Under the pieces are notes generated by a model. The model saw only the letters and a program-made list of their open reading frames with translations, made no database searches and was not told the DNA's origin. The translations under genes and the position numbers were made by a program. Positions 1 through 14,029 of a stretch of 64,000 nucleotides of DNA are shown piece by piece. Source of the DNA: the human T2T-CHM13v2.0 reference genome, Homo sapiens. Location: assembly GCF_009914755.1 (NCBI RefSeq), contig NC_060925.1. The stretch is one strand, 5' to 3'. Within the stretch, counting starts at the first letter, position 1. Every line of letters begins with the position of its first letter.

Positions 1-39
1 TACTTGAAGTACAATAGAAACTTGAAGGTTCATATTCAT

Positions 40-740
40 CTCCTTCACTTTGGATGCCCCAGCTTTCTTAAATGTTCTTCATACAATGGGCCTTTAGACC
101 CTCTCATCATCTTGGTCTTGCTTTTCTCAAAGTTCTCCAGTTGGCCAGCAGTTCTCTTAAAGAATCACAGCAGAGGGCAAAGATGGATTACGTCCATTCT
201 ATCAGTGGACTATTTGCTTTTATAATCTGTATATAATATGACTTTTAATATTAAAATTTATACTCACTTTTTAGTACTCATATCACATTATTGGCTTGTA
301 CTGAGTTATGGTCAGTTGAAAACCCCTGCATTATTTTTCAAGCCATACCATACTATATTTTTTATACCATTGAGTCCAAATTTTCTCATCTTAAGTTTTC
401 AGATTGTTTTCATGAGTCTCAATATAGTCATTTACATTTATCCTTGTAAAATTTCAAATGGATTATTTTCAGTTCATTTTTCTGAACTTTGACATAAATT
501 AGAATCTCTATTTTGTTATCTAGTATATTGACTGTCCTTACCACTCTTGTAATATTCACAAATTTGATTAGCATGCTGATTATGTTTTGATCTAAGTTGA
601 TCAGGGCAGGGCAAAGAACAGAATCCTGGTGAGGTTAACCTGACATGATTTGTTTTTAGTGAATCCAGGCTCTCTTTTAAAGGGACCCAAATTTATCAAC
701 TTATTTCTCATTTCAATAGAATGTAGATGCTATATTTGCC
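40..740 (-). mobile_element. Ancient LINE remnant, probably L3/CR1
   Basis: Degenerate motifs such as TTGGCTTGTACTGAGTTATGGTCAGTTGAAAACCCC resemble antisense CR1/L3; by-eye match only. Confidence 0.4.
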
Positions 741-768
741 AGGGTTTTTAGAACCTATTTAAATGGAT

Positions 769-836
769 TTCCTTCCTTCCTTCCTTCCTTCCTTCCTTCC
801 TTCCTTCCTTCCTTCCTTCCTTCCTTCCTTCCTTCC
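769..836. repeat. (TTCC)17 = (GGAA)17 on minus strand, uninterrupted microsatellite
   Basis: Counted directly: 68 nt of perfect TTCC units. Confidence 0.97.
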
Positions 837-1674
837 TGTTACAGAACCTATACTAGGTACTGCTAGTCATAAAGTGAATAAGATGTAGTCTTTAATTTGA
901 AAGATCTACTTTTGTTTCTCCTGTTCTCCACCCCTTTGAAAATCACGGCTTTGCCTATCTTTGGCCTTCTGGCACAGCTCCATTATTTCCATAAAATTGC
1001 TGACAAGGGTCAGATTTATGAATGTCATATTGAAAAAATGAGGATACGGTGAGAGGGCAGGAAATTACCACCTTACGCAGAAAAGTTTTTGTGAAGGAGA
1101 TAGAATTTCAGGATGTCTTAGAACACTTGATGAATTTTGTTTAAATCTTGACTGAATTTTGTTAGATTTGACATATACAGAAGTATAGTAGAATTCAGAA
1201 CAAATTATTAACTTGTCCCAAACTGTATAGTAAATATGAATATTTTTACTGTTGCTAGAATAAATCTTAGCATGAGAGGACTATTAGCATGCAACTCACA
1301 CTAAAACTAGTTTCTTTTTTAAAAAATAACCTTACTAAAATTTTCACTTGAAGTTTTATTTTGATATTCTGTATGTGCACATAATGCTAGGGTAGAAAAG
1401 CTGGAAACAGTGCCTCAGGCATTGAAAAGACAAAGTATACAAATTTTATTGTAGAACCCACCTTTTTTTTTCAAAGCAGTAACTTTTTAATGCCTAGTTG
1501 TGTTCCATTATTGTGCTAATAAATCTATAGGCATAAGAAATTGGGATTTTACTAGAAGTAAGCGGAGTGTAACTTTTTTTCCAAAACTAGGTTGCTAAAA
1601 TTGTCATTTGATGATTAAGAGGGACCTCATTTTACCATTGTTAGTCTCTTCAACCAAAATGTTGCCCATAATGC

Positions 1675-1716
1675 TGTATGTGTGTGTGTGTATGTGTGTG
1701 TGTGTGTGCGCGCACA
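1675..1716. repeat. (TG)n microsatellite ending in GCGCGCACA
   Basis: Direct read; alternating purine-pyrimidine. Confidence 0.9.
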
Positions 1717-1806
1717 TTTTACTGCCACTGCTTTACTTGTCATCCCCTTACCCCTTGCCTAACAGTTTCTGTCTTCTTTCAGGATGGAAAAGGGGGAAAA
1801 ATATAA

Positions 1807-2157
<351 letters not shown>

Positions 2158-4489
2158 TAGCCAAATTGAAGGGGGCAAGATGCATTATTAGATTTGGGAT
2201 GGTTTGAGTGACAGGGTTGTTTTCCTTAGGGCTTCTTAGAAGAGAATTCTTAGAGAGATTCTTAAGAAAAAAGAAACAGAAGTCATATAAAGAAGGTAGA
2301 AATGATGAGGTTGTAAAAATTATTACCACACATTCAAGAATATTTCTTCAGTTACTATGTGAGTTAGTCCTGGACTGACTTCTTTATCTCCAGAAAAGGT
2401 GCACTCTTAATATTATTATTTTTCTCTGTTTTTGTGGGAGAAGAGCTTGGGGAAGTGTGAGGAACACAGGCAGAGGAGGGAGAAGTGCTGAAGAAGGGGA
2501 AAGGATAAAGGCAGAGGTGGGATGCCTTGTATAATTAGAGGGAGGCTTGGGTAGGGACTTAAGTGAGATTTCTTATTAAATTATGTGATTGAAGATAATT
2601 TTGGGGAAGAGCATTAGTGATTTCGGCCAATACAATGTGCCATTTTGGTGTTGGGCATGATAAAGCAAATTCAGACTTTCTGTGACGCTATTTCTCTCTA
2701 TCTGTGCTGTGCTAGAGAAGGGAGATGGACAATGGCTCTCAGCTGGCTGCTTTAATTGGCTAATGGGAAGGTGAAGTAAGAAAAGTAGTAGAGAAGGCAA
2801 ATTATAATCAGTTCATTTATAAATTATTATTTATTAAAATTAAATCACTACTGTACTTTCTTTTGGACACAGCATGAGCTTATAAACTTAAAGATGACCA
2901 TTGCTTCCCTAAAAGCCTCTTCTAGGAGTCCATCCATATACTTATTGTTAGTATGTGAAATGTTCACTAAAATGATAATAGTGTATTTTCTATTTTATAA
3001 CTTTCTTTTTTCAAGCAATTTGTCATCTGTTGCCTGCTACTATTTGTACTTCTCTTCCCCATGTTTTATTTCTACTTTATTTAGTCTTTAGCTTACCTCT
3101 AGAAGTCTTCCATTGTTGAGGTTTTTAAGATAAGAAACAATTATTCATTTATTTCCACTGAAAATTGATCTAAGTGGGTACCTGTCTACAGTCAATTTTC
3201 TTTACCCCCTTTCTGAGTGAATTCATGTGAAAATCTGTTGAAAGTATGAGCCTTCTCTTCATAAGAATATACCTCTATAATTTTACACACAGTTTCAGGG
3301 GGATAAATTTCCCTTAAAGGTACAGGGATCCCAAATTAATAACACTTTTGTGGGGGATGTGGGATGGCAAGGGTAAGAATGAATTATATTGTTAAGGTCT
3401 ACACATGTAGTTAAGGTCTAGACAGGAAAAGCAGCAGATAGGTATTGCACATCTTTGCACAGACCATTTCTTGATGGTGTGGGAGTTTCTTTAATTAAAA
3501 TATGGTAGGAACAGCTGGCCACCAGCTAGCACTGGCAACACAACAAGAATGTCAATAAATGCATCACAGAAAAAAACTTACAGGCCCAGTTGTTTCTAAT
3601 GGAGACTATCAGTCTGTACCCCTATAGACAAGAGCTTCAATTTTTCCATTCCAATCACACTTGCTGTAGCATCCTTAATATTGAAAATAAACTGAGAACT
3701 TTACCAGAATTGTTAAAAATACCACCATGGGCATTTAGTCTTTGTAAAACCTTGGAAAAGTAGTTAATTCTGAACAACTCACCACATGTCTTATTGTGAG
3801 TCACTGAGAAAACAAAAAAATGAACTCCACTACTCATGACTTGGTTGTCTTCTTTAACTGGTAGACCACAATCCCGTTGGCAACAGGAGAGGGCTTGCTT
3901 CCAAGAATGCAACGTCCAAAGTGGAGGGCAGGGAGCACTAGTGAGCATGTAATGACAGTTCCCAAGGAGAACACGGGATGCAGTGCATCCTAGGGTGGGG
4001 TCAGGAATGATCCCTGGACAAGTCAGAACTCACGGTGTCTGGTTTTATTCTCTACATTTGGCAGCTCCCTTTTTTTCCTCCCTCAGTTTCCTTAGCTTTA
4101 AGGAAAGTAGGGGCTAATGTGAGCTTGCAGTGAGAGAATATAGATCAGTGTTTTGAAATCTGTGAATCATTAATCTAATGGAAAGTGTTGTAATTTTCTA
4201 CTTAATTGGAAAATGACGGTAAATAAAGTAAATTCCCCTACGTCTTTTCCTAGTGTTGGTAAACTTTTCTGAAGTCAATAGAAGCTCTAAAGCAGGCGAA
4301 ATATGGGAGCTTGGACGTACATATTCTTATTCTGGTGGGGGAAAAACAGGTTTGAAAATTTGAACAAATAGTGTAACTACAACAAATTCTCTTTCTTCTC
4401 AAAATGGGTCTGAGCCAATTTTGTTCTGTAGTACTGATTGAAAAGAAAGAAATTAGGAATGTACCTGAAAGGAAAGGGAAGATAATTAA

Positions 4490-4695
4490 ATGTTTCAATA
4501 CTCATTATGTGCCAGGCACATTCTCAAATACTTTACATATTTTATCTTATATAATTTGTACAACAACACAAGAAGAAAGCTGCAGTTCAGAGAGATTAGG
4601 TGGCTTTCCTTTCACACAGCTGAGTATCAAAGCTAGAATTTAAATCTATCTGTCCCACTCAAAAGCATATGCTCTTCTTACTGTACCATACTGCA
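4490..4695 (-). mobile_element. MIR
   Basis: TATGTGCCAGGCAC...TCAGAGAGATTAGGTGGCTT...TCACACAGCT MIR core in antisense. Confidence 0.65.
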
Positions 4696-7392
4696 TTCTA
4701 CCCTAAGCATTTTATTGGGAAATGGGCTTAATCTAATTAAGCATGGTGACTGGAAAAGACCACTTCATTTATCCACTCAATAAGCCTTCCTTAAATATGT
4801 ATTATATACAGGGCACTGCTAAGTATTGGTATACAAAGAATAAGAGAGCACTCACTGTCAAGGAGCTCAAGATCAAAGCTTCTTCTATCCATCTATATTT
4901 ACTAGCAAAGAGAAACTCATTAAATAATGATAGAAGCAATTCCCAAACATGATTCACATCTTTTTAATTAGCAAGGAACTTTATTCATAAAGCCTCTTAA
5001 ACTGAGAGTTTATCAGATATCCTGGGATAGTCATGTCCCCAAATTTCATGCCACATCTGAGATTTTAACTGGAGTGAATTAATATACCTCAATGTTTAAA
5101 AAAAAAAAGAGAGAGAGAGGCATAATTGTCTATTATATGCTCTGACAAAGACTACTTAAATTTCAGAGCTATCTAGTTTGTAGGAGCCTGGAGAGTCTTG
5201 GAGAATTAGATGCAGTTTCAATTAAATGATATTAAGATATCCCTGAATTTTAAACTGCTGTGCTATGAGACAATGCCTTTACATCATGTGGGTAGAGCTA
5301 CATTTTTTAAAGTATTTATTTTGGTTGGTGCTAATGAGATATTTATCTCCATTTCCCAGACATTTTGGACTTTGTTTCAGAAGAAATTCCAAATGTTACT
5401 TACAAGAAGCAAATTCTAATCTCTTAATGTCAAAATGTACCACAAAAGAATGAGGAATAAGCTACAAATAGCAAAACAAACACAATGCTTTTTACTTGAG
5501 GAATCTGCCAGCAGAGGGCAATATTAGTTTTCACACTCTCCTAATATCTCTACTGATTTTAAACCATTAAGTATAAAATAGCTATTTGGTAGAAATCTTA
5601 GGCTATGAAGTATTTTTGTTTCTGGCAGATACGAACAGGAACATAGTAGAAGCAAAGATAAAGCATGACGTTGAGTATTAGAATTCCAACATCTCTGATA
5701 AAAATTAATCTTATTTATTTTCATTGCTATGAAAACTCTAGACATTTGCTGATTATAATTCAGCTGGAGGGTTACCATCTCTTTATGGTATTTCCCTATT
5801 CTCCAGCACACAGAAAGTTTTCAGTGACTATTCATTGAATAACTTATGAGTAAATAAATGCTGATCAAATAGATATGTGTGTATGGGGTTGGGGTGGAGG
5901 CCAAGGGTAGGATGAAAACTTCTTACACTCCCCTCTCATTTAGAATACAATCATTTCTGTGCATGGCTTCTTTGAATGTTTCAGATAGCACTTTGGAAAG
6001 TGATTTTTGGTATTTCCAGCAATTTTAGAGTAACCTTAAATCAATGAATTTAATCACCATAGCTTGGATTAGTAAAAGATGAAAGCTATTGCTGAACTTT
6101 CCATAGGAGAGTTCCAAATCTTACTTAATATTGGTAAGGATATTTGGCTAGACTGGATTTATGAAAAGTAAGATTATGAAAATTAAAATATTATTTATCA
6201 AGTGCTGATTGAATTAAGCAAGCCACTTGACATAACTAAAGTCAGAAAGACTCAAACTGATTTTTTTAGGCTGAATTAAAAGGAGAGATACAATATAAAT
6301 TGTGAGTCAGTATGTGTCTGCTCAGTATCTATGTATCTTATTTTCTCAATTTTGGTATGTAGTTATTATTATTATTTCACATACATAGGATGATAGCAAC
6401 AATGTTGGTAGTTTGAATTAATTGGCATTATGCCAAATTTTTGTTTCAACATCTGTTAAATGCATTTCTAAATCTATACTCTGTTTCACCATATAGATAA
6501 ATATTTAACATGAGGGAATGGGCTTTGGGGATGACTGAATGAGTCTTATGTTTCCAATAGTTAATTATATATTTGTATTTAGAAACTCCACCTTAAGGCA
6601 AAAACTACAGGCCTAGTGGGAAGAAATCTTCTTCTGTGTACTCTTGATGTTTAGGTTTTTGGCCAGACTAAAAGTCACAGCAAAAGACATTTGCGGAGAT
6701 GCCTTAAATATAGTACTGCAAATCCTGTACTGGGAGATATGGGATTAGCTGCAGTGTGAGTGGAAGGATTTTTCTGAAATTTGCCCATCAAATCTCGGCA
6801 AAGTTTTCCCATCAGAGTCATGTAGAGTAGCACTTTCTTTGCTCTGCTCAAGATTCCTTGCCTGGGTTAATAAAGTCAAGTTCCATAAGAAAATAACAAC
6901 CTGATCTACCATCAGTAAGGCGTTCTGCTTAGGCAATTTTGGGTGGGAATGTTTGGGTTTATGCTGATGTAGGCACACTCTTGTTCCACATTGACTAACA
7001 GCTGCTAGGCAACAAGCTAGTATTGAGCTGGAGTTTGTCATCAAATGTAATCAAACTAAGTGATCCACATTTTAATGTCTTCAGCCTCATTAGCAAGCTC
7101 TTCTGATTAAAGCAGTTGCAATTTATTATACTAATAGATAAGTTTTTTGAAAAAAATATGAATCTCTTCTACTCCCAATGTTTCGTAATTTAATGCTATA
7201 CTTTTGAAGCTTTGACTTAGTGGCTATGGCCATAAGCAACAACAGCATTATTGTTTTAGGGCACATTTCCAATGCTTATTTATGCTATGTAGTGTCTTTA
7301 GTTTGATTTCCAATAGGACTGACGGAATTTCTTTCAGATGTTTTGTCTTCTAAGTGTAAGACTTTATTCCGAGGGTAAAATACACTTATGAA

Positions 7393-7841
7393 TGTGAAAG
7401 TTGTCAGAATCAAAATGGAGTCACTTGGGTTTTAAAAAACCCTGACAAATAGAGCCAGAGAAGCCCATGAAGGGAGGGTTCTCATGCATAAATGCCAGAT
7501 TAAAAAAACTATCACAAAAGACTGCAAAAAGTTCAACCTTGCAAAAGGCCATAATAACCTTACACACATAAAAAATTCTTCCTTGAGGACATCTGCCCAG
7601 CAACTGCCTGTTCAGTCTTGGACTGGTGCTACCCTAGTTATTTATTGATCCTTGCAGCCAAGAATAATTACCTCAAAAATTATGTAATTCTCTTCATTTT
7701 TCCTTTAAAAACTTTTGTCTTCCTTTACCTCCCTGAATACACACGTATTTATTATGACATGACTATTCCCATGGCAATGCCCTATTTGCGAATAAATGTT
7801 ATTTTCTTTTAGAAAGCCTCTCTATGTTATTTAGGTTGACA
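7393..7841 (+). mobile_element. Solo LTR, ERV1/MER4-group-like
   Basis: TG...CA termini (TGTGAAAGTTGTCAGAATCAAAATGGAGTCAC ... TTAGGTTGACA), AATAAA near the 3' end, 4-bp flanks TGAA/TAAA (3/4 match), ~450 bp. Confidence 0.8.
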
Positions 7842-7984
7842 TAAATTTTGATGCATTATTTAATTCATTTCATTGTATAGATGACAAACGACTAATAAAA
7901 ATCATTTGTATTTCTTGATATGATCATATTCATGCCTCTTTAAAAATGATTTGGTGGCTACTTTTTACAACTTATTTATTTAAT

Positions 7985-9150
7985 TTGTATAAACTTGAAC
8001 TTTAGAATAGTTTCAGGTTTACAGAAAACTTATGAAGATAAAACAGAGTGCTACCATATATGCTACACCCAGTTTCCAGTATGGCTAACATCCTATATTG
8101 GTATGGTACATTTGTCATAACTAATGAACCAATATTAAACATTATTATCAACTAAACTCCACACTTTATTCATATTTCCTCAGCTATACCTTTTCTGTTC
8201 CAATATTCTATCCAGGATACATTACACATTAGGCTTCTCTAGATTATGACAAGAAATCTTGGGGGAATTCCTGAAAGGAAGGCCACAGATGCTATTCTCA
8301 TCACATCCTATCAAGAGTACATGCTATTGACATGACTTATCACTGTTGTTAAACTTGATAATCTGGTGGAGGTGGTGTTTGACAGGTTTCTCCTCTGTAA
8401 AGTTATTTTCTACCTTTCTTTACCATATTCTTTGGGAGCAAGACATTATGTGCAGCCCACATGTAAGGGATGGGTATTCATCCTCCATCTCATTGAGGAG
8501 GGAGTATCATATATACTATTTTGAATTCTTCTGCTTGGGAGATTTGTCTATATTTATTTATTTATTCAACTTATATCCTTATGGACTCAGGATATTTTAC
8601 ATTTTGAGTTTTAATTTAATATTATTTTATTTATTTTGTTGCTTAAATTGTTACAGCTTTGTTCATTGGGCATTCTTTTAACTGGCACCTGTATCTCTTT
8701 AACATATCCCACCATTGTGTGTGTGTGTGCTTTACATTTTTATTTTTTGCATTTCCTTCATTTCTGGCCACAATAAGATGCTCCTCTTATATATTCCTTG
8801 CCCCAGCCTCAGAATCTACCATTTCTCCAAGTAATCCTGGTTTGTTTTATGGGAAATTGGCATTAGAAATCAATATTTGATGTATTTTGAAGTCAAGCTG
8901 GTAAAAAGAAAAAAAATCAATATTTGGGCACTAATTGTGCTCATTGTTATTGAGATGTCATTACTTTTAGGCCACCTCAGCTGACAGAGCAAGAATATAT
9001 ATGTGCATTCTAATATAGACACATATATCTTTAAGTATTTATTAATATGTACTCATGTTATTCTGCATTAAGTCAAACATGAGTTCATGCTGATGTGGCC
9101 AATTCTACTCCATCACCAAAGGATCACTGTAGCCTTCTGGGTACTTGTTA
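7985..9150 (-). mobile_element. L1MC-type 3' end
   Basis: TTTAGAATAGTTTCAGGTTTACAGAAAA...TATGGTACATTTGTCATAACTAATGAACCAATATT typical of antisense L1MC 3' UTR. Confidence 0.7.
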
Positions 9151-10360
9151 CTTAAAAAAAAAATGTGTTTTTAACTCATTGTAGGCTGAAAATAAAAAGG
9201 AAAGAAAGAAAGAAGACTGGTGTTTATGATGTATTCTACTATTTCTCCAGAGCAACCTGGAATTATTTACTGCCTTTTGATTAGTATGATTTAAGTGGAC
9301 CAAGTTATTTTTTAAGTAGAGGCAGAAGGCCTGGACACAGTTTATTATTATTGAAGCCAATACTTTTCTTCTTTCATTAATTGGTATGGAAAAAAACTAT
9401 GTGAAAGATTGTGACCAGCTCTAGGTTTTCTGCAAACAGAACAAGAAGAAAGAGGCTTAAAGTGCATTACAAGAAATATAAGGGAAAATATTCTGATATA
9501 GAGAGTTACTGAATGCTAGAATGTAAGATAAGAGAAGAAATTAGTGACTGTTCCTTAAAATTAGGACAGATTCCTAGTTGTCTAGAATAGTAGGTGTTTT
9601 TCTGATTTTCAGAATTCTTTTTCCTCTCTGAATTCTGGGATTTTACCACTTATAATTAAAGCCTTTGCCTAGGAAAATCTCTATTTTGAAGATATAAGAA
9701 GGAGATCTGAAAAAGGAGAAAAAAAGAATAGATTATATCTACTACCCAACCCATACTCTAATATCTTTTCATATTCTTCAACATCAAGTAAATCCGTGTT
9801 AGAATATTGATCTGCCCCTTTTTCAAGCACCTTATGTTTAATGGAATCTGGTCATAGGCACTAATGGATGTTTCCTTTTCATAAACAGATGGGTGACTAG
9901 ATATTCACAACTTCATACTATTTTTTTAAAAAAGCTTTTATTATATTTTTTAAACTACATTCTGCTAAATTGTCCTCACTTCTTTCATTACCTATCTGGA
10001 AGTAAGTAATGATGTTTCACCTAAACAAAATGATTTAAAACATGATTTTGGACTTAGAATGATTAGCTTTCTCTACAGAACATTTATTTTACTAGGAATA
10101 TCATGTTTAGGCTAATAAAAAAATTATTTTGCATGGTGGCAATGGAGTGTATTAGAAAGAGTCCTGCAAGACCTGAGTTTTTACTCCTAGCTGGCTGTAC
10201 TACATGCCATGGAAGTGATCTTGGATGAATTGCTTGTCATTCTGAGTTTAGTTTGCTCATCTTTGAGATGGTTGTAGGAACACTTATCTTACAAACAAGG
10301 TCGTTGTGAATATTAAATGTGTTCATGAATTCACTCATGTGCTAAGAATATGCTTTAAGT

Positions 10361-10486
10361 TGTTGTGCATGGTGATGCATGCCTAGCTATGGGAGGTAAG
10401 GGGAGTTGGGGCTGAAGTGGAAGGGTTGCTTGAGCCAAGGAGTTTGAGACCAGCCTGGGAGATATAGCAAGACCCTGCCTCTGAAA
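10361..10486 (+). mobile_element. Alu monomer (FLAM-like)
   Basis: GGTTGCTTGAGCCAAGGAGTTTGAGACCAGCCTGGG...AGACCCTGCCTCT; TSD-like AATATGCTT(T/A)AAGT at 10347-10360 and 10819-10832. Confidence 0.75.
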
Positions 10487-10497
10487 ACATGTATGTA

Positions 10498-10537
<40 letters not shown>

Positions 10538-10816
10538 TGTGTGTATATATATATGTGTATATATATACACATATATGTGTATATATATACACATATATGT
10601 GTATTTACATATATACGTATATATATGTGTATATGTGTATACATATAAGTATATATGTGTATACGTATATATGTGTATATACATACACATATATGTATAT
10701 GTGTATATATACATATATACACACATATATATGTGTATATATACATATATACACACATATATATGTGTGTATATATATACATATACATGTATATATATAT
10801 ATATATACACACACAC
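10487..10816. repeat. Compound (TG)/(TA)/(CA) microsatellite, ~330 bp
   Basis: Direct read; source of seven spurious Y/I/H/V/C-rich ORFs in the ORF track. Confidence 0.97.
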
Positions 10817-11472
10817 AAAATATGCTTAAAGTACTCAGATGGCAGTTATTATGGTTATCATTATTAATCATAATGAATTCAGCAACTCATCAAAGAAACA
10901 TTATTGAATTTCTACTGTATAAAAATGAATAAAACACTACGTGTTTATAAAAATGAATAAAACACAGCCCTTATTTTCAAGGAGCTCATGGCATTGGAGG
11001 AAAAATATGAAATTACTTTGAATTTGTAAATAAGCGAGAAAGCTCAGAGAAATACTCATGAGCAGGAAAAGCTCATTCAAGAACAAATAATGCTTCATGG
11101 ATAATTCACAAAGCAAAAAAAAAAAAACCAAAACTCTGTCTTTTTTTTCTGAAAAGATCAATATAATTATAATGTATGTATCATATTAATGATGAAACTT
11201 TGCAATATACTGTAAAGTAATTGTATATTTCAAAGTTTAAAAATTTTCAATTTTACTATAAAGTCATAGGGAAAACATAGACTAAAGGCAAAAGAAGGAG
11301 AATAAAAGTGAAGGGGAGAAGAATGAGCTGTGAGAACAGATGACTTAACCTCTTTGTGTTAATTTCATCTTTAATTTCCTCTTCTATGAAATGGGGATCA
11401 TTCTATTAACTATCTTACAGTTTTGGAATGAGAATTAAAGGTGACAGTGCATTCATGCATATAAAGCACTTA

Positions 11473-11823
<351 letters not shown>

Positions 11824-13839
11824 TTAAAATAGTGCCTGGGACATGGGTACTCAGTAAATATTAGCTATTACATCTGATAGGTGCAAGAGTGATCATCACA
11901 AGCTCAAAATATACTTCTGCACTGTCTCAAATTTTTTTGTGTGTGAGATCTTAGACAAGTCATCCTCTGGGCCTCAGTTTTCTCTCTGTATAAGGTCCTA
12001 GCGTAGAAAAACGATCTTTAAAATTTTTTCCAGCTTTTGAATTGGGGTAAAGGAGCAGAAGAGACTGGGTATGAGAGTTACTTGGGCCCTGACTTTATGG
12101 AGGTAGCAGCTGCCTGTGAGAGGAGCGGGGAGGTTTGAGAGGACATCTTGAGAAGGGTCATTGAGAATAAATTTTAATTTCTTCTGTCTTTTTTTCAGAA
12201 AATGAAGCAGAGATATTTTTGGTTGGAGTCTTTATTCCTCATTAAGCATTCAGTTAGGGTTTACAAGACTTTTCCTCAAGTATTATGAGGACAGCCTGAA
12301 GGTCTTGATCTTTATTTGGGGGTACGTACACTGGGATGGAGAGCTGAGGTCCTTGTAGAGAGGACCACAACTGATAAACAAACCAGAATCACAAGTCCTA
12401 GAAAACTAGGGCCCCAGCTGAGCCTAAAGAGTGGCTCCTTTTGGACAAGCTACCAGACTCATGTTTTCTACGTCCTCTTGGATTTGTTGTGAGCCAGTTT
12501 TCTCTTCTGAGGCAGCATACTTCCTGTTTTATGATGGGAATGTTGCCTATATAAGGAGTAAAAGACTAGGCCCTTGGTGCTTTTCCCTCTTCCGCTTGTT
12601 CCCCTCACTGACCAAAGGCTTCCTGGCTTCATTAAAAAAAAAAGTAGAAGCTGAGTATTACATTCCCCAAAGTATGCCATGAGAGTTATTCTGTGCTTTT
12701 TTCTCTTTAGTACCAAAGGAGAATAAGAATGTAAACATCTGTTTTATATAAACTAATTCCAGACTTAAACTTGATTAGTATAAGAGAATATTCTATGTGA
12801 TTAGTTTTCCAGTTATAACATGATGGCTTTCTGTCCTTTTATTGCCTTCTTAAAGGAGAAAAGAGAAGAACAAATAATGTTTCTTTTTTTTTTTTAAGTG
12901 TCATAGAATTGCCAAGTATAACCATTATGGTTGGTGCAAAAGTACTGTACTTTAAATTCAATGGCAATAGCAAGTTACTTGCCCCGTAGAAATGTACTAA
13001 AGTAAACATAAAATAACTGTGGGCCTCATTATGTAGAGAAGAAGACATTTTGGGAAGGATCATTGAGAATAACTTCAAGCCATTTAGTGATTTGCAGGAG
13101 GCAGTTTACTACAAAGCAGTGTTTTTGCATACTGCTTTACAGCAATCATCTTCACAACCCTTATTAATTCAAAGTTTTTCTAAACTAGGCTTTATCAGGC
13201 CCTGTGTGATGAATGCTTCCAATTAAATGATCACTTAAAATAACAGTAAGCACAGTCTTCTCCAGAGCAGGTAGAAGAATTTCAAGGGAGAAAACTGAAT
13301 TGGAGAGAGGATTTTAGCAGTGACATTATTGGAAATGTGCTGGACTACTTAAAAAACAATGTTACCTTGTCCTTTGCCTCATTCCCCCATCCCCACCATC
13401 CAATATAACATTAATGATGAGAATCTATGCAAGGAGACTTTTGAGAATAATTTGGTGATTGTTATGAAACTAGAAATGTTCCATAATCTGCTACATGTTG
13501 CTGTAAAATCTAACATTGTGTATGTAAACTTTAGAAGTGGCAACTCCATTCTCTGCTTTCATTCCCTTCCTCCTAGGACTTCTAAGATCAAGGATAGATA
13601 TCAGTTCCTGATAAACTGAAAAGGTCTTTTACTTTTCTCTTTTCTCCCTTCTCTGTCCTCATGGCCTTTAAAGGGTATTTTTGGTTTGTGCTTCTTTGGA
13701 GTTACCTATGCAGCTCTTTTCATAAAAAGTGACTGAAAATTACCAAATCATGTTGATCTTGAATTCATGTCACTCCTTGCATTATCCATTACTATTATTT
13801 TAGTTCACCTCCTTGTACTTATAGCCAGAAGGGAGCTTT

Positions 13840-13975
13840 GCAAACAGTGAACAGCAGAGGCTCTGGAGTGAGATTGCTTGGGTTCAAGTCTTGGCTCTAC
13901 TGCTTGCTATCATAGAATTTAGGCAAATTGCTTAACTCTCCAAGTCTCAGTTTCCTTAGATAAAGAATGTCATCA
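13840..13975 (+). mobile_element. MIR
   Basis: GGCTCTGGAG...GGGTTCAAGTCTTGGCTCTACTGCTT...GGCAAATTGCTTAACTCTC...CTCAGTTTCC. Confidence 0.75.
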
Positions 13976-14029
13976 ATATTTTTATTGCAACCTACTCCTA
14001 TTTTTCTTCTTTTTTCCAATTTATTTCCC

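Larger units (their letters stand above)
10130..10855 (+). mobile_element. MIR interrupted by an Alu monomer and microsatellite
   Basis: MIR core (GACCTGAGTT...AGTTTGCTCATCTTTGAGATGG) before 10355; MIR tail (GTACTCAGATGGCAGTTATTAT) resumes at 10831. Confidence 0.6.

Noticed and set aside
3391-3424. Small local repeats (GTTAAGGTCTA x2; also TTCTACCAATA x2 near 41325, TGAACTTCA x3 near 57142, TATTTCCTATT x3 near 60788)
   Set aside because: Ordinary slippage micro-duplications with no further structure.
10355-10932. Cluster of Y/I/H/T/V/C-rich ORFs
   Set aside because: Translations of the dinucleotide microsatellite.
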